Shown here piece by piece: positions 1 to 10,609 of a DNA stretch of 64,000 nucleotides. Every line of letters starts with the position of its first letter. Position 1 is the stretch's first letter. The translations under genes were made by a program, and so were the position numbers. Source of the DNA: a virus (taxonomy: Duplodnaviria; Caudoviricetes); IMG/VR virus record IMGVR_UViG_3300021431_000089, positions 47,103-111,102 of that record. One strand, 5' to 3'. Below the pieces are notes generated by a model that had not been told where the DNA came from, did no database searches, and was given only the letters and a program-made list of their open reading frames with translations.

Positions 1-762
1 ACCGAGACAATTGTTGACACCGTCTACCCTTCTGTCGCAGAGTGGGCACCGGAATGGAGTGAAAACATCCCGCCATATATCGCCGGATACTATTACTGGA
101 AACGTGTAATCACTACTTACACAGACGACACGCAGGTCATTGGAGAGCCGTTTGTCGACTATCTGCTTAGCACTATGTACACTTCGATTACGACCAATTC
201 GACACGTATCGATCAGACTGATCGTGAAATTTCTTTGGTCGCCAATCGCACGACAACGGTAGCACAGGGAATCGCAGACCTTGATTCTAAGATTGATAAC
301 TCAATTAAGAAGGTTACAGAAAACATTGCTTCGCTGAATATTACAGCGGATCAGATTACTGCCGAAGTAGCTCAGACAGTACGCGAAGGCATTGACCGTG
401 ATTACAAGTACGCCAGAACTTGGCTCAACCAGGATGGACTGAATATAGCAACCAGCGCGTCAACAACAGAGAGCTTGATTGATGGTACTGGTCTTGAGGT
501 TCGCGAAGTAATCAGAGAGGCCGATGGAACTATTGCCAAAGACGAAAACGGCAATGAAAAGATCACAACAATTATGAAGGCTAAGGGCGGCGAAGTAGAG
601 GCCGCTCGTTTTAAAGCTACAGAAACATTTACATACGACTCAGGCAAAGGATATACCACTACGATGAAGGTCTACTACTCGTCAGTCGATCAAGAGTCCG
701 GCATCGGATGGTATTGGAGAGAATTGCCCCAAGAAGAGGAAGGAACGGAGGTGGGTAACTAA
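1..762 (+). CDS. Phage tail host-specificity/minor tail protein, C-terminal part (5'-truncated by window edge)
   Basis: Frame is open from base 1, upstream of the annotated Met at 175. It contains WSENIPPYIAGYYYWKRVITTYTD, a motif typical of siphophage tail host-specificity proteins, followed by a coiled-coil segment. Confidence 0.7.
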   Translation, partial: TETIVDTVYPSVAEWAPEWSENIPPYIAGYYYWKRVITTYTDDTQVIGEPFVDYLLSTMYTSITTNSTRIDQTDREISLVANRTTTVAQGIADLDSKIDNSIKKVTENIASLNITADQITAEVAQTVREGIDRDYKYARTWLNQDGLNIATSASTTESLIDGTGLEVREVIREADGTIAKDENGNEKITTIMKAKGGEVEAARFKATETFTYDSGKGYTTTMKVYYSSVDQESGIGWYWRELPQEEEGTEVGN

Positions 763-2609
763 TGGCAAATATCACCGCAAGTAAATCGGTTAATACATAC
801 GCTCCGGCATATCCATCATCGTACCCGTATGAATTATATATATCTGTCGAAGAGACCGGAACAAGTACTGCGGCTAATACATCATCGCTAAAATTCGAGG
901 CGTGGATATGGTCGCATGGAGCTTCATTTAGTTCTAACTACTCAAACTCGATGAGTATTTGGTGGTACGACGACAATAACTATAAAAACGGAAAGTGTAT
1001 TGTACGCAATACATCAATCTCATCGCTCGCACAGAATTCGTGGATTACAATTACAGGCACTGCAGAGGTCTCACATAACAACAGTGGTAAGCTCAAGGGC
1101 TGGGCTGGTGTTTATTGGACAAAGAGCGACAACAACTCTTATACACCAGCGACCGCTCAGGCAGAGACGGCATGGTTCGATCTGTCGACGATTAAACGCG
1201 CATCGGTTATTTCTCTCGACAAGGATTCTGTCGTGTGTGACGGGCGCAACTCGGTTGTTATTAGCCTCTCGCGCCCCACTTCCAGCTTCACTGACACTAT
1301 CACTTACTCTTTTGGCAGAGCGACTGGAACAATTGCCACAAAGACAACAAGTACTTCTATTACGTGGGTTGTCCCAACAACGCTTCTCGATCAGATCCCG
1401 AACGACAAAGAAGGAACTGTTGAGCTAAAGTGCCAATCTTATAACGGGAACACTGCATACGGTTCGAGCACGGCTTCATTAAGAATCACAACAACCGAGG
1501 CTTTCCACGGCCCGAAAATAGTTGTCAAGCTGGAGTACGACGGGAACGGCAACGTTGCATACGGTAATCGTACGCTTAGTGACATCACTGGTGCGAACAA
1601 ATACATTTCTGGTAAATCAAAAATCTGCTTTGAATTAGAATGTACGGCGTATTATGGCGCGTCACGTGCTCGTACCGAAACAACGCTCAACGGGATGATG
1701 TCGGGCGGTACGCTAACACCATCATTCGAAGGTGATTTCGGCGACGGGAAGGTTGTCATTACAACCAGAGACACACGTGGTTATGTTGCTAAAAAGGAAA
1801 TCACTTTAGATGTTGTCAATTACTTCGAGCCAACAATCACAAGTGCTGTTGCCGACAGAGACACTACTAACGTTCAAAAGGTAATAGGTTCCCTGTCTGG
1901 TAAGTGGTTCAACGGTAGCCTTGGTGCCGAGGATAATGCATTAACAATTTCTGTTTCTTACAACAATCCTGATACGGGCCCGACCACAGTGACGGCAACC
2001 AGTGTTGGTAACACATGGTCTTATACGGGGGAACTGTTCACTGGCTTGGCTGAGGCGCAGAGCAGTAACGTACAGTTCGTCATCAGCGATGTATTCTCAA
2101 GCGTTACCTCAAACATCATTCCGATTTATGAATACATACCTGTGTTTGCCATGTTCCAGAACCACTTCGATGTCTTTGGAACTTTACACATTCATGACCG
2201 AGAAGATCCATCAAAGTTTACGGTCATCGGGTATGATTATTGGAATTATCATGCGGGTGATGTGGTTACCTTCGAACCACTGACGGCGTCATTCAGCGGA
2301 TTTATGACGTCAGATTCGGGCGTAATCGTATTCACAATTCCGCTCGTTAAGAACGTTCCAGATGGCGTTACAACAACGGTCATCGGTGATATCATTGTCC
2401 GCCATGCAGACGGAAGCTATATCGGCGGTCAGAATGGCGATCTTATTACAAACATCGGTGTTCCCGAAATTACGACAGACAATAACTACGTGCGCATCAA
2501 AATCACGTTGCCGAGCAAATCGTCATTGACGAACAACTCGGTTCTGTGTGTAACACCGGGAACAACGGGTTTAACAGTTGCTTTTGCAGAAGCACAACAA
2601 GGAGGATGA
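762..2609 (+). CDS. Siphovirus minor structural/baseplate protein (DUF859-like)
   Basis: 615 aa, S/T-rich beta protein. The L.TI.RAS and SSFT.T..YSFG motifs resemble DUF859 proteins. TAATG coupling and GGAGG RBS. Confidence 0.65.
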   Translation: MANITASKSVNTYAPAYPSSYPYELYISVEETGTSTAANTSSLKFEAWIWSHGASFSSNYSNSMSIWWYDDNNYKNGKCIVRNTSISSLAQNSWITITGTAEVSHNNSGKLKGWAGVYWTKSDNNSYTPATAQAETAWFDLSTIKRASVISLDKDSVVCDGRNSVVISLSRPTSSFTDTITYSFGRATGTIATKTTSTSITWVVPTTLLDQIPNDKEGTVELKCQSYNGNTAYGSSTASLRITTTEAFHGPKIVVKLEYDGNGNVAYGNRTLSDITGANKYISGKSKICFELECTAYYGASRARTETTLNGMMSGGTLTPSFEGDFGDGKVVITTRDTRGYVAKKEITLDVVNYFEPTITSAVADRDTTNVQKVIGSLSGKWFNGSLGAEDNALTISVSYNNPDTGPTTVTATSVGNTWSYTGELFTGLAEAQSSNVQFVISDVFSSVTSNIIPIYEYIPVFAMFQNHFDVFGTLHIHDREDPSKFTVIGYDYWNYHAGDVVTFEPLTASFSGFMTSDSGVIVFTIPLVKNVPDGVTTTVIGDIIVRHADGSYIGGQNGDLITNIGVPEITTDNNYVRIKITLPSKSSLTNNSVLCVTPGTTGLTVAFAEAQQGG

Positions 2610-2613
2610 TTGA

Positions 2614-2826
2614 ATGCCATACAACAAAACAACCTGGGTCGATAATACGACAGCGATCACGGCGGAACGGCTCAATAACATGGAAAATGGCATTGAGTCC
2701 GCAAACGGGATCGTGCCAACCACTGAGGGTGAAGCTGGTCAGGTATTAACTAAAACAGAAAACGGAGTGACGTGGGCGGAGTCCGCAACATCCCCTAACG
2801 TTGTCGGGGAGGTTCTTGAATTATGA
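2614..2826 (+). CDS. Small tail-associated protein
   Basis: MPYNKTTWVD..T.ITAERLNNMENGI, a motif common in phage tail modules; GQVLTKT..G..W motif; GGAGG RBS. Confidence 0.6.
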   Translation: MPYNKTTWVDNTTAITAERLNNMENGIESANGIVPTTEGEAGQVLTKTENGVTWAESATSPNVVGEVLEL

Positions 2827-3161
2827 CAGCAAGGATCAGCGGCAAGAACATTTCACTGACTCGCGGCGACACATTCAAAGCGGTTGTCGAAATTCTAAAT
2901 GAAGATGGAACACCGTACACACCGTTGCCCGGCGACTCCGTTCGTTTCAAAATGAAAGCGAACTATAACGCGTCAGAGGTCAAGATCGAGAAAGAGATTC
3001 CTCTGGATACATTATTATTGGAGATCGACCCTGAAGATACTAAAGGACTAAAGATGCCGTCTGAGTATGTTTATGATATTCAGATCACACATATCAATGG
3101 CGACGTCGATACATTCATAGACAGGGGTAAATTTAAGATTACCGAGGAGACAGATAAATGA
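2823..3161 (+). CDS. BppU N-terminal-like baseplate/tail protein
   Basis: ISLTRGDT...YVYDIQI..NG.V.T motif; ATGA coupling. Confidence 0.6.
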   Translation: MTARISGKNISLTRGDTFKAVVEILNEDGTPYTPLPGDSVRFKMKANYNASEVKIEKEIPLDTLLLEIDPEDTKGLKMPSEYVYDIQITHINGDVDTFIDRGKFKITEETDK

Positions 3162-3418
3162 CAGAGAAATTAAGTGGCACCCTCTCTCAGACGGGTAAAT
3201 TAAGCGGCACATTAACTTCAAAAAATCGCTTATCTGGAAGTCTATCTATGGCGGTCGATACAATTTTCAATGATGACTATAACAAATTAAAAGAGGAGAC
3301 GCTTCCTCAGATCAACAGCGTGACTTTAAAGGGAAATAAACTTTCGTCTGAACTGCATGTTCAGCATGAGATGAATGCAATTTCATATCAGGATATTGAT
3401 GAATTGCTTTTTGGTTAA
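3158..3418 (+). CDS. Tail-associated hypothetical protein
   Basis: Coupled ORF; LSGTLS repeats; PQINSVTL.GNK motif. Confidence 0.55.
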   Translation: MTEKLSGTLSQTGKLSGTLTSKNRLSGSLSMAVDTIFNDDYNKLKEETLPQINSVTLKGNKLSSELHVQHEMNAISYQDIDELLFG

Positions 3419-3434
3419 ATAGGAGGTTATACAC

Positions 3435-4802
3435 ATGTCCGATAGTTTTCTGAACTTAACTGGCCTCAGGTATTATCACGAGAAGTTGAAGAGTTTATTC
3501 GCAAAAAAGTCAGATGTCGACACAGCGCTTGCCGATAAAGTCGACAAAGAAACCGGTAAAGGATTATCGACAAATGACTATACAACAACCGAGAAGAATA
3601 AGTTGAGGGATATCGCTACCGGTGCTCAGGTAAACGTAATCGAGTCTGTTAAGGTCAACGGAAATGCTTTAAGCATTACGGCTAAGGCAGTTGACGTGAC
3701 TGTGCCGACGGCAGTTTCTCAGCTTACAAATGATAGCAACTATATCACGCTCGCGGATGTTCCAGAAGGAGCGGCGGCGTCAACAGTGACTCCGAAAATG
3801 GACGGAACAGCCGCTCGCGGTACAGATAGTGGTTTTGCCAGAGGCGACCACATCCACCCAACCGATACATCGAGAGCAGCTGCATCTGATCTGACCGCAC
3901 TTGCAGGCAGAGTCACGACCGCAGAGACAAAGCTTAGCGGAATCGCAGAGGGGGCTCAGGTCAATGCCATTGAAAGCGTCAAAGTAAACGGAACTGCGCT
4001 TTCCATTAAGAGTAAGGCCGTTGACGTGACTGTCCCAACAAAACTTAGCGACCTTTCCAATGACGGAAATTTCGTAACTGACGCATCTTACGTCCACACA
4101 GACAACAACTATACAACCGCCGAGAAGAATAAGCTTGCGGCAATCGAAGCCAGCGCAGATGCTAACGTTATTGAATCCGTTAAGCGCAACGGCGTAGCGT
4201 TAACTGTAACAAACAAGGCTGTCGATATCTCAGTACCGACTGCTTTATCAGAGCTTACTAACGATGGCGACTTTGTAACAGATGCAAGCTACGTCCATAC
4301 AGACAACAACTTCACTGACACATTGTTATCAAAGCTTAATGGTATTGCAGCTGGTGCAACAAAAACCACAATCGATTCAGAGCTGAATTCCACCAGCACC
4401 AATCCCGTACAAAACAAAGTAATCAACACAGCTCTTGGTGCAAAGGCTCCGCTCGCAACCCCTACGTTCACAGGAACGCCTAAGGCTCCGACTGCTGCCG
4501 CCGGAACAAATACAACTCAGATCGCAACCACCGAATTCGTCACGACGGCAGTTGCAAATGCGATTGCTGGCGTTACATCTATCAGCTATCAAGTCGTTAC
4601 AAGTCTGCCAGCGACAGGTGAAAACGGTGTCATTTATCTGGTTGCTCACTCGCACGGAGCCGGAGATGCATATGATGAATATGTCTGGACTGGTACATCG
4701 TTTGAAAAACTTGGCAATACAGACATTGACCTGTCTGGCTATATGCTGAAGACAGACATGATTGCAATCACCACGGCTGAGATCGATACATTATTTGCGT
4801 AA
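3435..4802 (+). CDS. Tail fibre-like structural protein with internal repeats
   Basis: Three repeats of GAQVN.IESVKVNG.AL.I..KAVD.TVPT..S.L.ND; SP.FTGTP.APT..AGTN.TQIATT.FV fibre motif; AGGAGG RBS. Confidence 0.75.
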   Translation: MSDSFLNLTGLRYYHEKLKSLFAKKSDVDTALADKVDKETGKGLSTNDYTTTEKNKLRDIATGAQVNVIESVKVNGNALSITAKAVDVTVPTAVSQLTNDSNYITLADVPEGAAASTVTPKMDGTAARGTDSGFARGDHIHPTDTSRAAASDLTALAGRVTTAETKLSGIAEGAQVNAIESVKVNGTALSIKSKAVDVTVPTKLSDLSNDGNFVTDASYVHTDNNYTTAEKNKLAAIEASADANVIESVKRNGVALTVTNKAVDISVPTALSELTNDGDFVTDASYVHTDNNFTDTLLSKLNGIAAGATKTTIDSELNSTSTNPVQNKVINTALGAKAPLATPTFTGTPKAPTAAAGTNTTQIATTEFVTTAVANAIAGVTSISYQVVTSLPATGENGVIYLVAHSHGAGDAYDEYVWTGTSFEKLGNTDIDLSGYMLKTDMIAITTAEIDTLFA

Positions 4803-4816
4803 GGCGGTGACGCTCT

Positions 4817-6916
4817 ATGGCAAATAAGTATTTGGATACCATCGGTTTAGGACATTTAGTTGATAAAATCAAGAGTAAGTTTGTTCCAAAAAGAGAGGGC
4901 GGACACGCATATAACAACGTTGCTTCGGCATATTCCAAAGATGCCCCAGGCTACTGGCGAATAACGCTGCCAACGGTGACGGCATATGAAATGCTTCAGA
5001 TTGAAATCGGCGTTCGACAGCACTATTACGTTCCATACTATGGAAAAATCATACTGCATGCATATCATAATAATACATCGCCATACGATTGGCGCCAGTT
5101 CAAAGCCACTTTAATAGGCGAGTTTAACGAAAACTTACAAATCTACGGAAGTGAAGGGAAATACTTTTACATTGCGGGATGCGCTGAATACTCGGCTATA
5201 AGTGTGGATAAGATCCTTGTTGGCGACAGTGCCATTTATTCTGATCTTTCAAATGTTGTGATAGACCACGTGTCCGCATTACCGAGTACTAAACAACAGG
5301 CAACCCTAACACGTATGGTGACTGGTGTAAAAGGTAATAACGAATCTACATATAGTACCGGCAATGTAAATCTTACGGCGGATAAAATAGGTGCTTTTGA
5401 AAAACAGCCATACGCTGAAGGTACTCTTGAGGCTGGGATCAGACCGTACGTCGATTTCGCAAGGGCTAATAGGCTTGCGTTTTTACCGGCAGACCAAATT
5501 ATTATTGAGCAGACAACTGATGGTGGAGAAACATGGACTTCTGCTGAAATAACAGATGCCACAAAAGAATCATTATTCTCTGAATTTAGTACGCCGGTCA
5601 ACATACCTTTGTTAAATAACCAGAAATCAACGTCTTGTGGATTGAGAATTACTATTACTGGCATGAAATATAATGTTCCATCGGGAACTGCGGAGACGGA
5701 AAAGTACAACTATTGGAATAGCGAGTATTTCAAAAGTACCGAAAGATATTTTAACGTCAGAGAATGGTGGTTTTGGTTATCTTCGACTGGCGACCGTATT
5801 AGACCACAGATATTTTATGCAACGGGGAATAAGCCGAACGACTGGAAAACCTGTTTTGATAAAGATTTCAGAATGAATGGATGGTCTGGATCAGACTGGA
5901 TCAGAGCTGGAAGCGGCATGGCTTTTGGTGGTTATACCGGTCAATTCGATCAACCGTGGAATTGGAGACTAATATTTTGGAGTGCCACAAAAGAAAATCG
6001 AGATACATTCATCAGTGCGTCAGTACAGAACATTCAACAGATAAGATGTTACGGCGACAGTGTTTGGACGGCCGCAAACTGGTTAATGCGTCATGATCAT
6101 TTATACACATGGGATTCGCAACAAAATGTTGCATTCCCAGCAAATGTTAGAGCCACTCAATTTACAGGTGCTCTTAACGGAACCGCGACAAATGCGTCAA
6201 AAGTCAATAACCACACAGTCAACTCAGACGTTCCTGCAAATGCCGTTTTCACCGACACGGTCACCACAGCTTCTACAACTGGAACTGGTAATGCGGTAAC
6301 GGCTATCACGGCTTCCAACGGAGCATTAACTGTGACTAAGGGCACAACGTTCTTGACATCACATCAAGATATTTCCGGCAAGGCTGATAAGTCGGCCACC
6401 GTTTCCACCGTCGCGTGGGATTCGGCAAATAAAAAACTGACGAAAACAATTAACGGCACAACAACAGATGTTGTAGCAGGCTCGGCAATTCTTAGCGGGT
6501 TAACCAAATCGCAGGTAACGACAGCGCTTGGATATACACCGCCTGAAACAGACACAGTTGCCACTGTGACAACAACTGGTTCGGGAAATGCAATTACAGC
6601 ATTGACGGCCACAAATGGCGCCATCACAGCAACACTTGGGGCTACATTCCTTACAGAGCATCAGGATATCTCAGGCAAGATGAATGTGCCAGTTGGCGGT
6701 AATGCAGGACAGGTGCTTACGAAAACAGCCACTGGTTATGAGTGGCGAGATCCCATTTCGCTTGAGGCATATGTCGCAGGCGAGGTAGTAACATTCGAAG
6801 ATGGTGTCGTTGATACAGCGACTGGAGGCGGTGGCGGTGTCACAGTAGAACAGGTTCAACAAATGATCAACGATGCAATTTCAGATATAACAGACGGAGA
6901 TGAGGTGAGTTATTAA
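4817..6916 (+). CDS. Tail fibre / receptor-binding protein
   Basis: 699 aa; repeated TGNA(V/I)TA.TA.NGA.T.T.G.TFLT.HQDISGK; TALGYTP; Trp-rich central globular domain. Confidence 0.7.
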   Translation: MANKYLDTIGLGHLVDKIKSKFVPKREGGHAYNNVASAYSKDAPGYWRITLPTVTAYEMLQIEIGVRQHYYVPYYGKIILHAYHNNTSPYDWRQFKATLIGEFNENLQIYGSEGKYFYIAGCAEYSAISVDKILVGDSAIYSDLSNVVIDHVSALPSTKQQATLTRMVTGVKGNNESTYSTGNVNLTADKIGAFEKQPYAEGTLEAGIRPYVDFARANRLAFLPADQIIIEQTTDGGETWTSAEITDATKESLFSEFSTPVNIPLLNNQKSTSCGLRITITGMKYNVPSGTAETEKYNYWNSEYFKSTERYFNVREWWFWLSSTGDRIRPQIFYATGNKPNDWKTCFDKDFRMNGWSGSDWIRAGSGMAFGGYTGQFDQPWNWRLIFWSATKENRDTFISASVQNIQQIRCYGDSVWTAANWLMRHDHLYTWDSQQNVAFPANVRATQFTGALNGTATNASKVNNHTVNSDVPANAVFTDTVTTASTTGTGNAVTAITASNGALTVTKGTTFLTSHQDISGKADKSATVSTVAWDSANKKLTKTINGTTTDVVAGSAILSGLTKSQVTTALGYTPPETDTVATVTTTGSGNAITALTATNGAITATLGATFLTEHQDISGKMNVPVGGNAGQVLTKTATGYEWRDPISLEAYVAGEVVTFEDGVVDTATGGGGGVTVEQVQQMINDAISDITDGDEVSY

Positions 6917-7677
6917 TGGCTAAGGTTTTAGTCACAGAATCATATCTTACAGCTATTGCCAATGCCATTAGAAACAAGCTTGGCGGTAGCGCAGCGTATA
7001 AGCCATCACAGATGGCAGATGCGATTTCAAGTATTCCGACAGGCGGCAGTGGTAAGCCCGAACAGACAAAGAACGCCACTCCATCCGAAACCGCCCAGAC
7101 GATCAAGCCTGACAGTGGTTATACACTTTCCAGTGTCACTGTAGGTGCGATTTCGTCAACGTATGTCGGCAGCGGCGTCGCCAGAAAATCATCTAGCAAT
7201 CTGACGGCTTCAGGTGCAACAGTGACAGTACCCGCCGGGTATTATTCTTCACAAGCGTCAAAGGCTGTTGCAGCGGCAACACAGGCAACACCAAGTATTA
7301 GTGTAAGTAGTGCCGGATTAATAACGGCCAGCGCTACACAAACCGCAGGATACGTTACTGCCGGAACTAAATCTGCAACAAAACAGTTAAGCACTGATAG
7401 CGGTTCAACAGTAACACCGACAAAGTCATCGCAGACGGTGTCTGTCAGTGGCAAATATATGACCGGGAATGTCGTTGTTAATGCGATTCCTGCAGCATAT
7501 ATCACTACCACTGACGCCACCGCCGGTGCGGGAGATATTTTATCCGGCGAGACTGCATACGTGAACGGCTCAAAGGTCACTGGAACTCTGCAAGTCCATA
7601 ATTATTACACAGGTACGGGCGACCCATCCTCTGCCACTGGAAACAATGGTGATCTATATTTAAAGGTGAATAGCTAA
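6916..7677 (+). CDS. Tail-associated structural protein
   Basis: LTAIANAIR.K N-terminus; DAT..AGDILSG.TAYVNG.KVTG motif; S/T/A-rich. Confidence 0.65.
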   Translation: MAKVLVTESYLTAIANAIRNKLGGSAAYKPSQMADAISSIPTGGSGKPEQTKNATPSETAQTIKPDSGYTLSSVTVGAISSTYVGSGVARKSSSNLTASGATVTVPAGYYSSQASKAVAAATQATPSISVSSAGLITASATQTAGYVTAGTKSATKQLSTDSGSTVTPTKSSQTVSVSGKYMTGNVVVNAIPAAYITTTDATAGAGDILSGETAYVNGSKVTGTLQVHNYYTGTGDPSSATGNNGDLYLKVNS

Positions 7678-9020
7678 TGCCTACAGCAAGATTAATTCCA
7701 AGTGATTACTACCTGAGTAGTTCTTCATACTTGTCCGTATCCAACGAGGATAATATGTATGCCAATACCGATAGCACAACATATGCAAGTGTTTATAATT
7801 CTCGGGCGAGCACCACGTCATATTACATCTACCTGCGTGGATTTAATTTTGGTTCGGTTCCAAGTGCTGCGGTCGTGAATTCGTTTACGGTTAAGCTTAA
7901 GGCAAGTGAAAGCGGTGTGAGCACATCTACATCTTATAAACCATATTTGGCCAATGGTACATCTGCCATCAACGGAACGTGTGATCCTATAACAGCATCA
8001 GTTCAGACACTTGAGTTTGATGGATTGACGGCGGATTGGGAAACAATTGTTGGATACGGAAGTGACTTCGGGATTCGCATCAACTGTCGAAGAGCATCAA
8101 GAAACACCGCTGCTTATATGTATATCTATGGCGCAGAGATAGAAGTCAATTACACCGTTCCCAACCCGGCGACGGTGACATCAACTCTGGTTGGTAACGG
8201 TACAATTTCACCAAATGGTGCATATTCAACATCCGAAGGCGCAACATATGAGTTAACGATTACGCCCGATGATGTCTCGGAGGAAGTGACAATTACAAAG
8301 GACGGCGTTGATGTAACCGCCGACTTGGTTGTGCATGCGCCCGGGCAGACGACCAATTTCGTCCCCGCCGATGTTACCACATCCTATATACAAAGCGGTT
8401 CTTCATATGCAGAGTATGCAGTCGGGCATAGCGCGGAAGATCCGTCCAGTTCTGGAACGTCATCGAACATGTATGCTTCAGATACAGGTTATGCGGATTA
8501 CACATTTAATTTCAGTTCCATTCCGAGCAACGCCGTGATCGATGAGTTCTCTGTCAGGTGCTATGGGCACAGAGAGAATGCAACCATTGACTCAAGCCAC
8601 ATCTCGAGTGTAGCAATAGTTGTGAATGATACCGCCGTCAGTGAAGAGGTTGACTTCCCATCGACAAGTAATACAACAATTACTGTTGAGCCGACGGGTA
8701 ATATCACGAGAGCAGATCTCAATAATTTAGCCATTCGTCATACGGTTGGTTATTACGGTGGACTGGTTCTAGGTATCACTATAACAATTACATATTCAAC
8801 CGGTTCCGGTACGATTGATCATTATACATACACTTACACTGTAAGTGGAGATGCGGCGATCATCGTTACTATTGGATCGCAGGAGAAGATGTACCTTAAA
8901 GTCAATGGATCGTGGAAGGTCGTTGATAAAGTTTATAAGAAAGTTAATGGCGCCTGGGTTGAGCAGACAGATTTGGCGTCGCTTTTCAATACAGCCTATG
9001 CCTATGTGCATAGAGAATAA
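7677..9020 (+). CDS. Tail-associated structural protein (two related beta domains)
   Basis: FNF.S(V/I)PS.AV...F.V repeated; C-terminal MYLKVNGSWK...VYKKVNGAW motif. Confidence 0.6.
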   Translation: MPTARLIPSDYYLSSSSYLSVSNEDNMYANTDSTTYASVYNSRASTTSYYIYLRGFNFGSVPSAAVVNSFTVKLKASESGVSTSTSYKPYLANGTSAINGTCDPITASVQTLEFDGLTADWETIVGYGSDFGIRINCRRASRNTAAYMYIYGAEIEVNYTVPNPATVTSTLVGNGTISPNGAYSTSEGATYELTITPDDVSEEVTITKDGVDVTADLVVHAPGQTTNFVPADVTTSYIQSGSSYAEYAVGHSAEDPSSSGTSSNMYASDTGYADYTFNFSSIPSNAVIDEFSVRCYGHRENATIDSSHISSVAIVVNDTAVSEEVDFPSTSNTTITVEPTGNITRADLNNLAIRHTVGYYGGLVLGITITITYSTGSGTIDHYTYTYTVSGDAAIIVTIGSQEKMYLKVNGSWKVVDKVYKKVNGAWVEQTDLASLFNTAYAYVHRE

Positions 9021-9032
9021 GGAGGTAGGACT

Positions 9033-10607
9033 ATGTCAGAAGTGTCGCAGATTAGAGTCAAAGGCACTTTATATGATATCAAGGACGCGGTCGCGAGACT
9101 TGCGACTGGTGCCCCTGCTGTGGCATCAACCGCTGCGGGCATGACCGACACGTCCAAGATTTACGTATATACGGGTACTGAAAGTGGCTACACTAAAGGC
9201 CACTGGTACTACCACGACGGAACATCGTGGGTGAGCGGCGGCGTATACCAAAGCTCAGGAATCGAAACAGATTCTAGCCTGTCCGTAAGCGGCGCCGCGG
9301 CAGATGCTAAAGTTACAGGCGACGCAATTAACAATGTTGTTTACGTCGGAACCGAGGCAACAGATAGTCATACACAGGTCTTAGTATCGCCGACAAATAC
9401 CGAGTTGGATATTGTTACGCAGGCCGATTTCGATGCGGAGATCAGTGATTTGAGGATCGCAATAAGTTCTTCACAGGGCATGAGCGCAGAGTTCAAAGTG
9501 GCACTGGAAAATTTAGTATCGCATGTTGCCTTCATTGGCGATGATCCTACTGGACGGGCATATATTGATGCACTGCATACGGCTATGTATCCTCCTGCTA
9601 ATCTGACAAGGATTTCAGCGGTATATACGCAGAGCGGGACAGTTTATGCTACGGATTCTATTGATTCGTTGAAAGATGATTTGACAGTTACTGCATCGTA
9701 TAGCAACGGAACAATATCAACGGTTGCAAAGACTGATTACACATTAAGCGGAACACTTACTGAGGGCACAAGTACTATCACAGTTTCGTATGGTGGTAAG
9801 ACAACCTCGTTCAATGTCACTGTTTCATCCGTTCCGGAGTATGGCACGTTTACTCCGCAGAATATCGTAAACGGAAAATACATTTCTGATACTGGTGTTA
9901 TTTCAGATTCTACATATGGATCATATAGTGAAGACTATTTACGAGTAATGTCCCATGTATATTTTATTAAATTCGATAACCTGAAAGGATCGAACCCTAA
10001 CTATAGAATTTGCGAGTATGATTCTACAAAGAATTACTTGAGGCAGAACCATGTTTCAAACACTGGAGCGAATTATGGCTTGACGGGTTCATCGAATACT
10101 TTTGCTTTCCCTGACGATACCAGCTATGTAAGATTGTCTTGGTATGGTGAAGATCAGCTCCGCACGCCTTCGGTCACTATAAACACAGTGTCCTATACTG
10201 ACTTACCTATGGAAATAGGTGATATAGATAGTGCTACTGGCGAGAATAAAGTGGAATCCAAGCGTTGCAGAACGCAAACATTTATTCCTGTTACAGGTTC
10301 CACTATTACCGTTTCCAACTGTCCTTTCTTTGCAAACTGGCATGCAACGGCGGTCAGCAAAGAGGGCACTGATGGTTGGGGCAACGGTGCAGGATATTTC
10401 TTTAGGTGTTATGACTCATCGCATAATATCGTAGGAACGTTATCTTATTACAACAACAACATTACAGATGTCGCTTTACCGAGCGGCACTGCATACGTCC
10501 GAATGATCTTCCAAAAGAACAGCAATGATTTTCCAACGGATTTTGATAAGTTGGTGATACAGCCGATTGTGATTAATGGTGTCAATTACAGAATTGTGAA
10601 GGCTTAA
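9033..10607 (+). CDS. Structural protein with bacterial Ig-like domain
   Basis: AADAK.TGDAI motif; LTVTASYSNG...DYTLSGTL..GTSTITVSYGGKTTSFNVTV (Big_3-like); AGGAGG RBS. Confidence 0.65.
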   Translation: MSEVSQIRVKGTLYDIKDAVARLATGAPAVASTAAGMTDTSKIYVYTGTESGYTKGHWYYHDGTSWVSGGVYQSSGIETDSSLSVSGAAADAKVTGDAINNVVYVGTEATDSHTQVLVSPTNTELDIVTQADFDAEISDLRIAISSSQGMSAEFKVALENLVSHVAFIGDDPTGRAYIDALHTAMYPPANLTRISAVYTQSGTVYATDSIDSLKDDLTVTASYSNGTISTVAKTDYTLSGTLTEGTSTITVSYGGKTTSFNVTVSSVPEYGTFTPQNIVNGKYISDTGVISDSTYGSYSEDYLRVMSHVYFIKFDNLKGSNPNYRICEYDSTKNYLRQNHVSNTGANYGLTGSSNTFAFPDDTSYVRLSWYGEDQLRTPSVTINTVSYTDLPMEIGDIDSATGENKVESKRCRTQTFIPVTGSTITVSNCPFFANWHATAVSKEGTDGWGNGAGYFFRCYDSSHNIVGTLSYYNNNITDVALPSGTAYVRMIFQKNSNDFPTDFDKLVIQPIVINGVNYRIVKA

Positions 10608-10609
10608 GT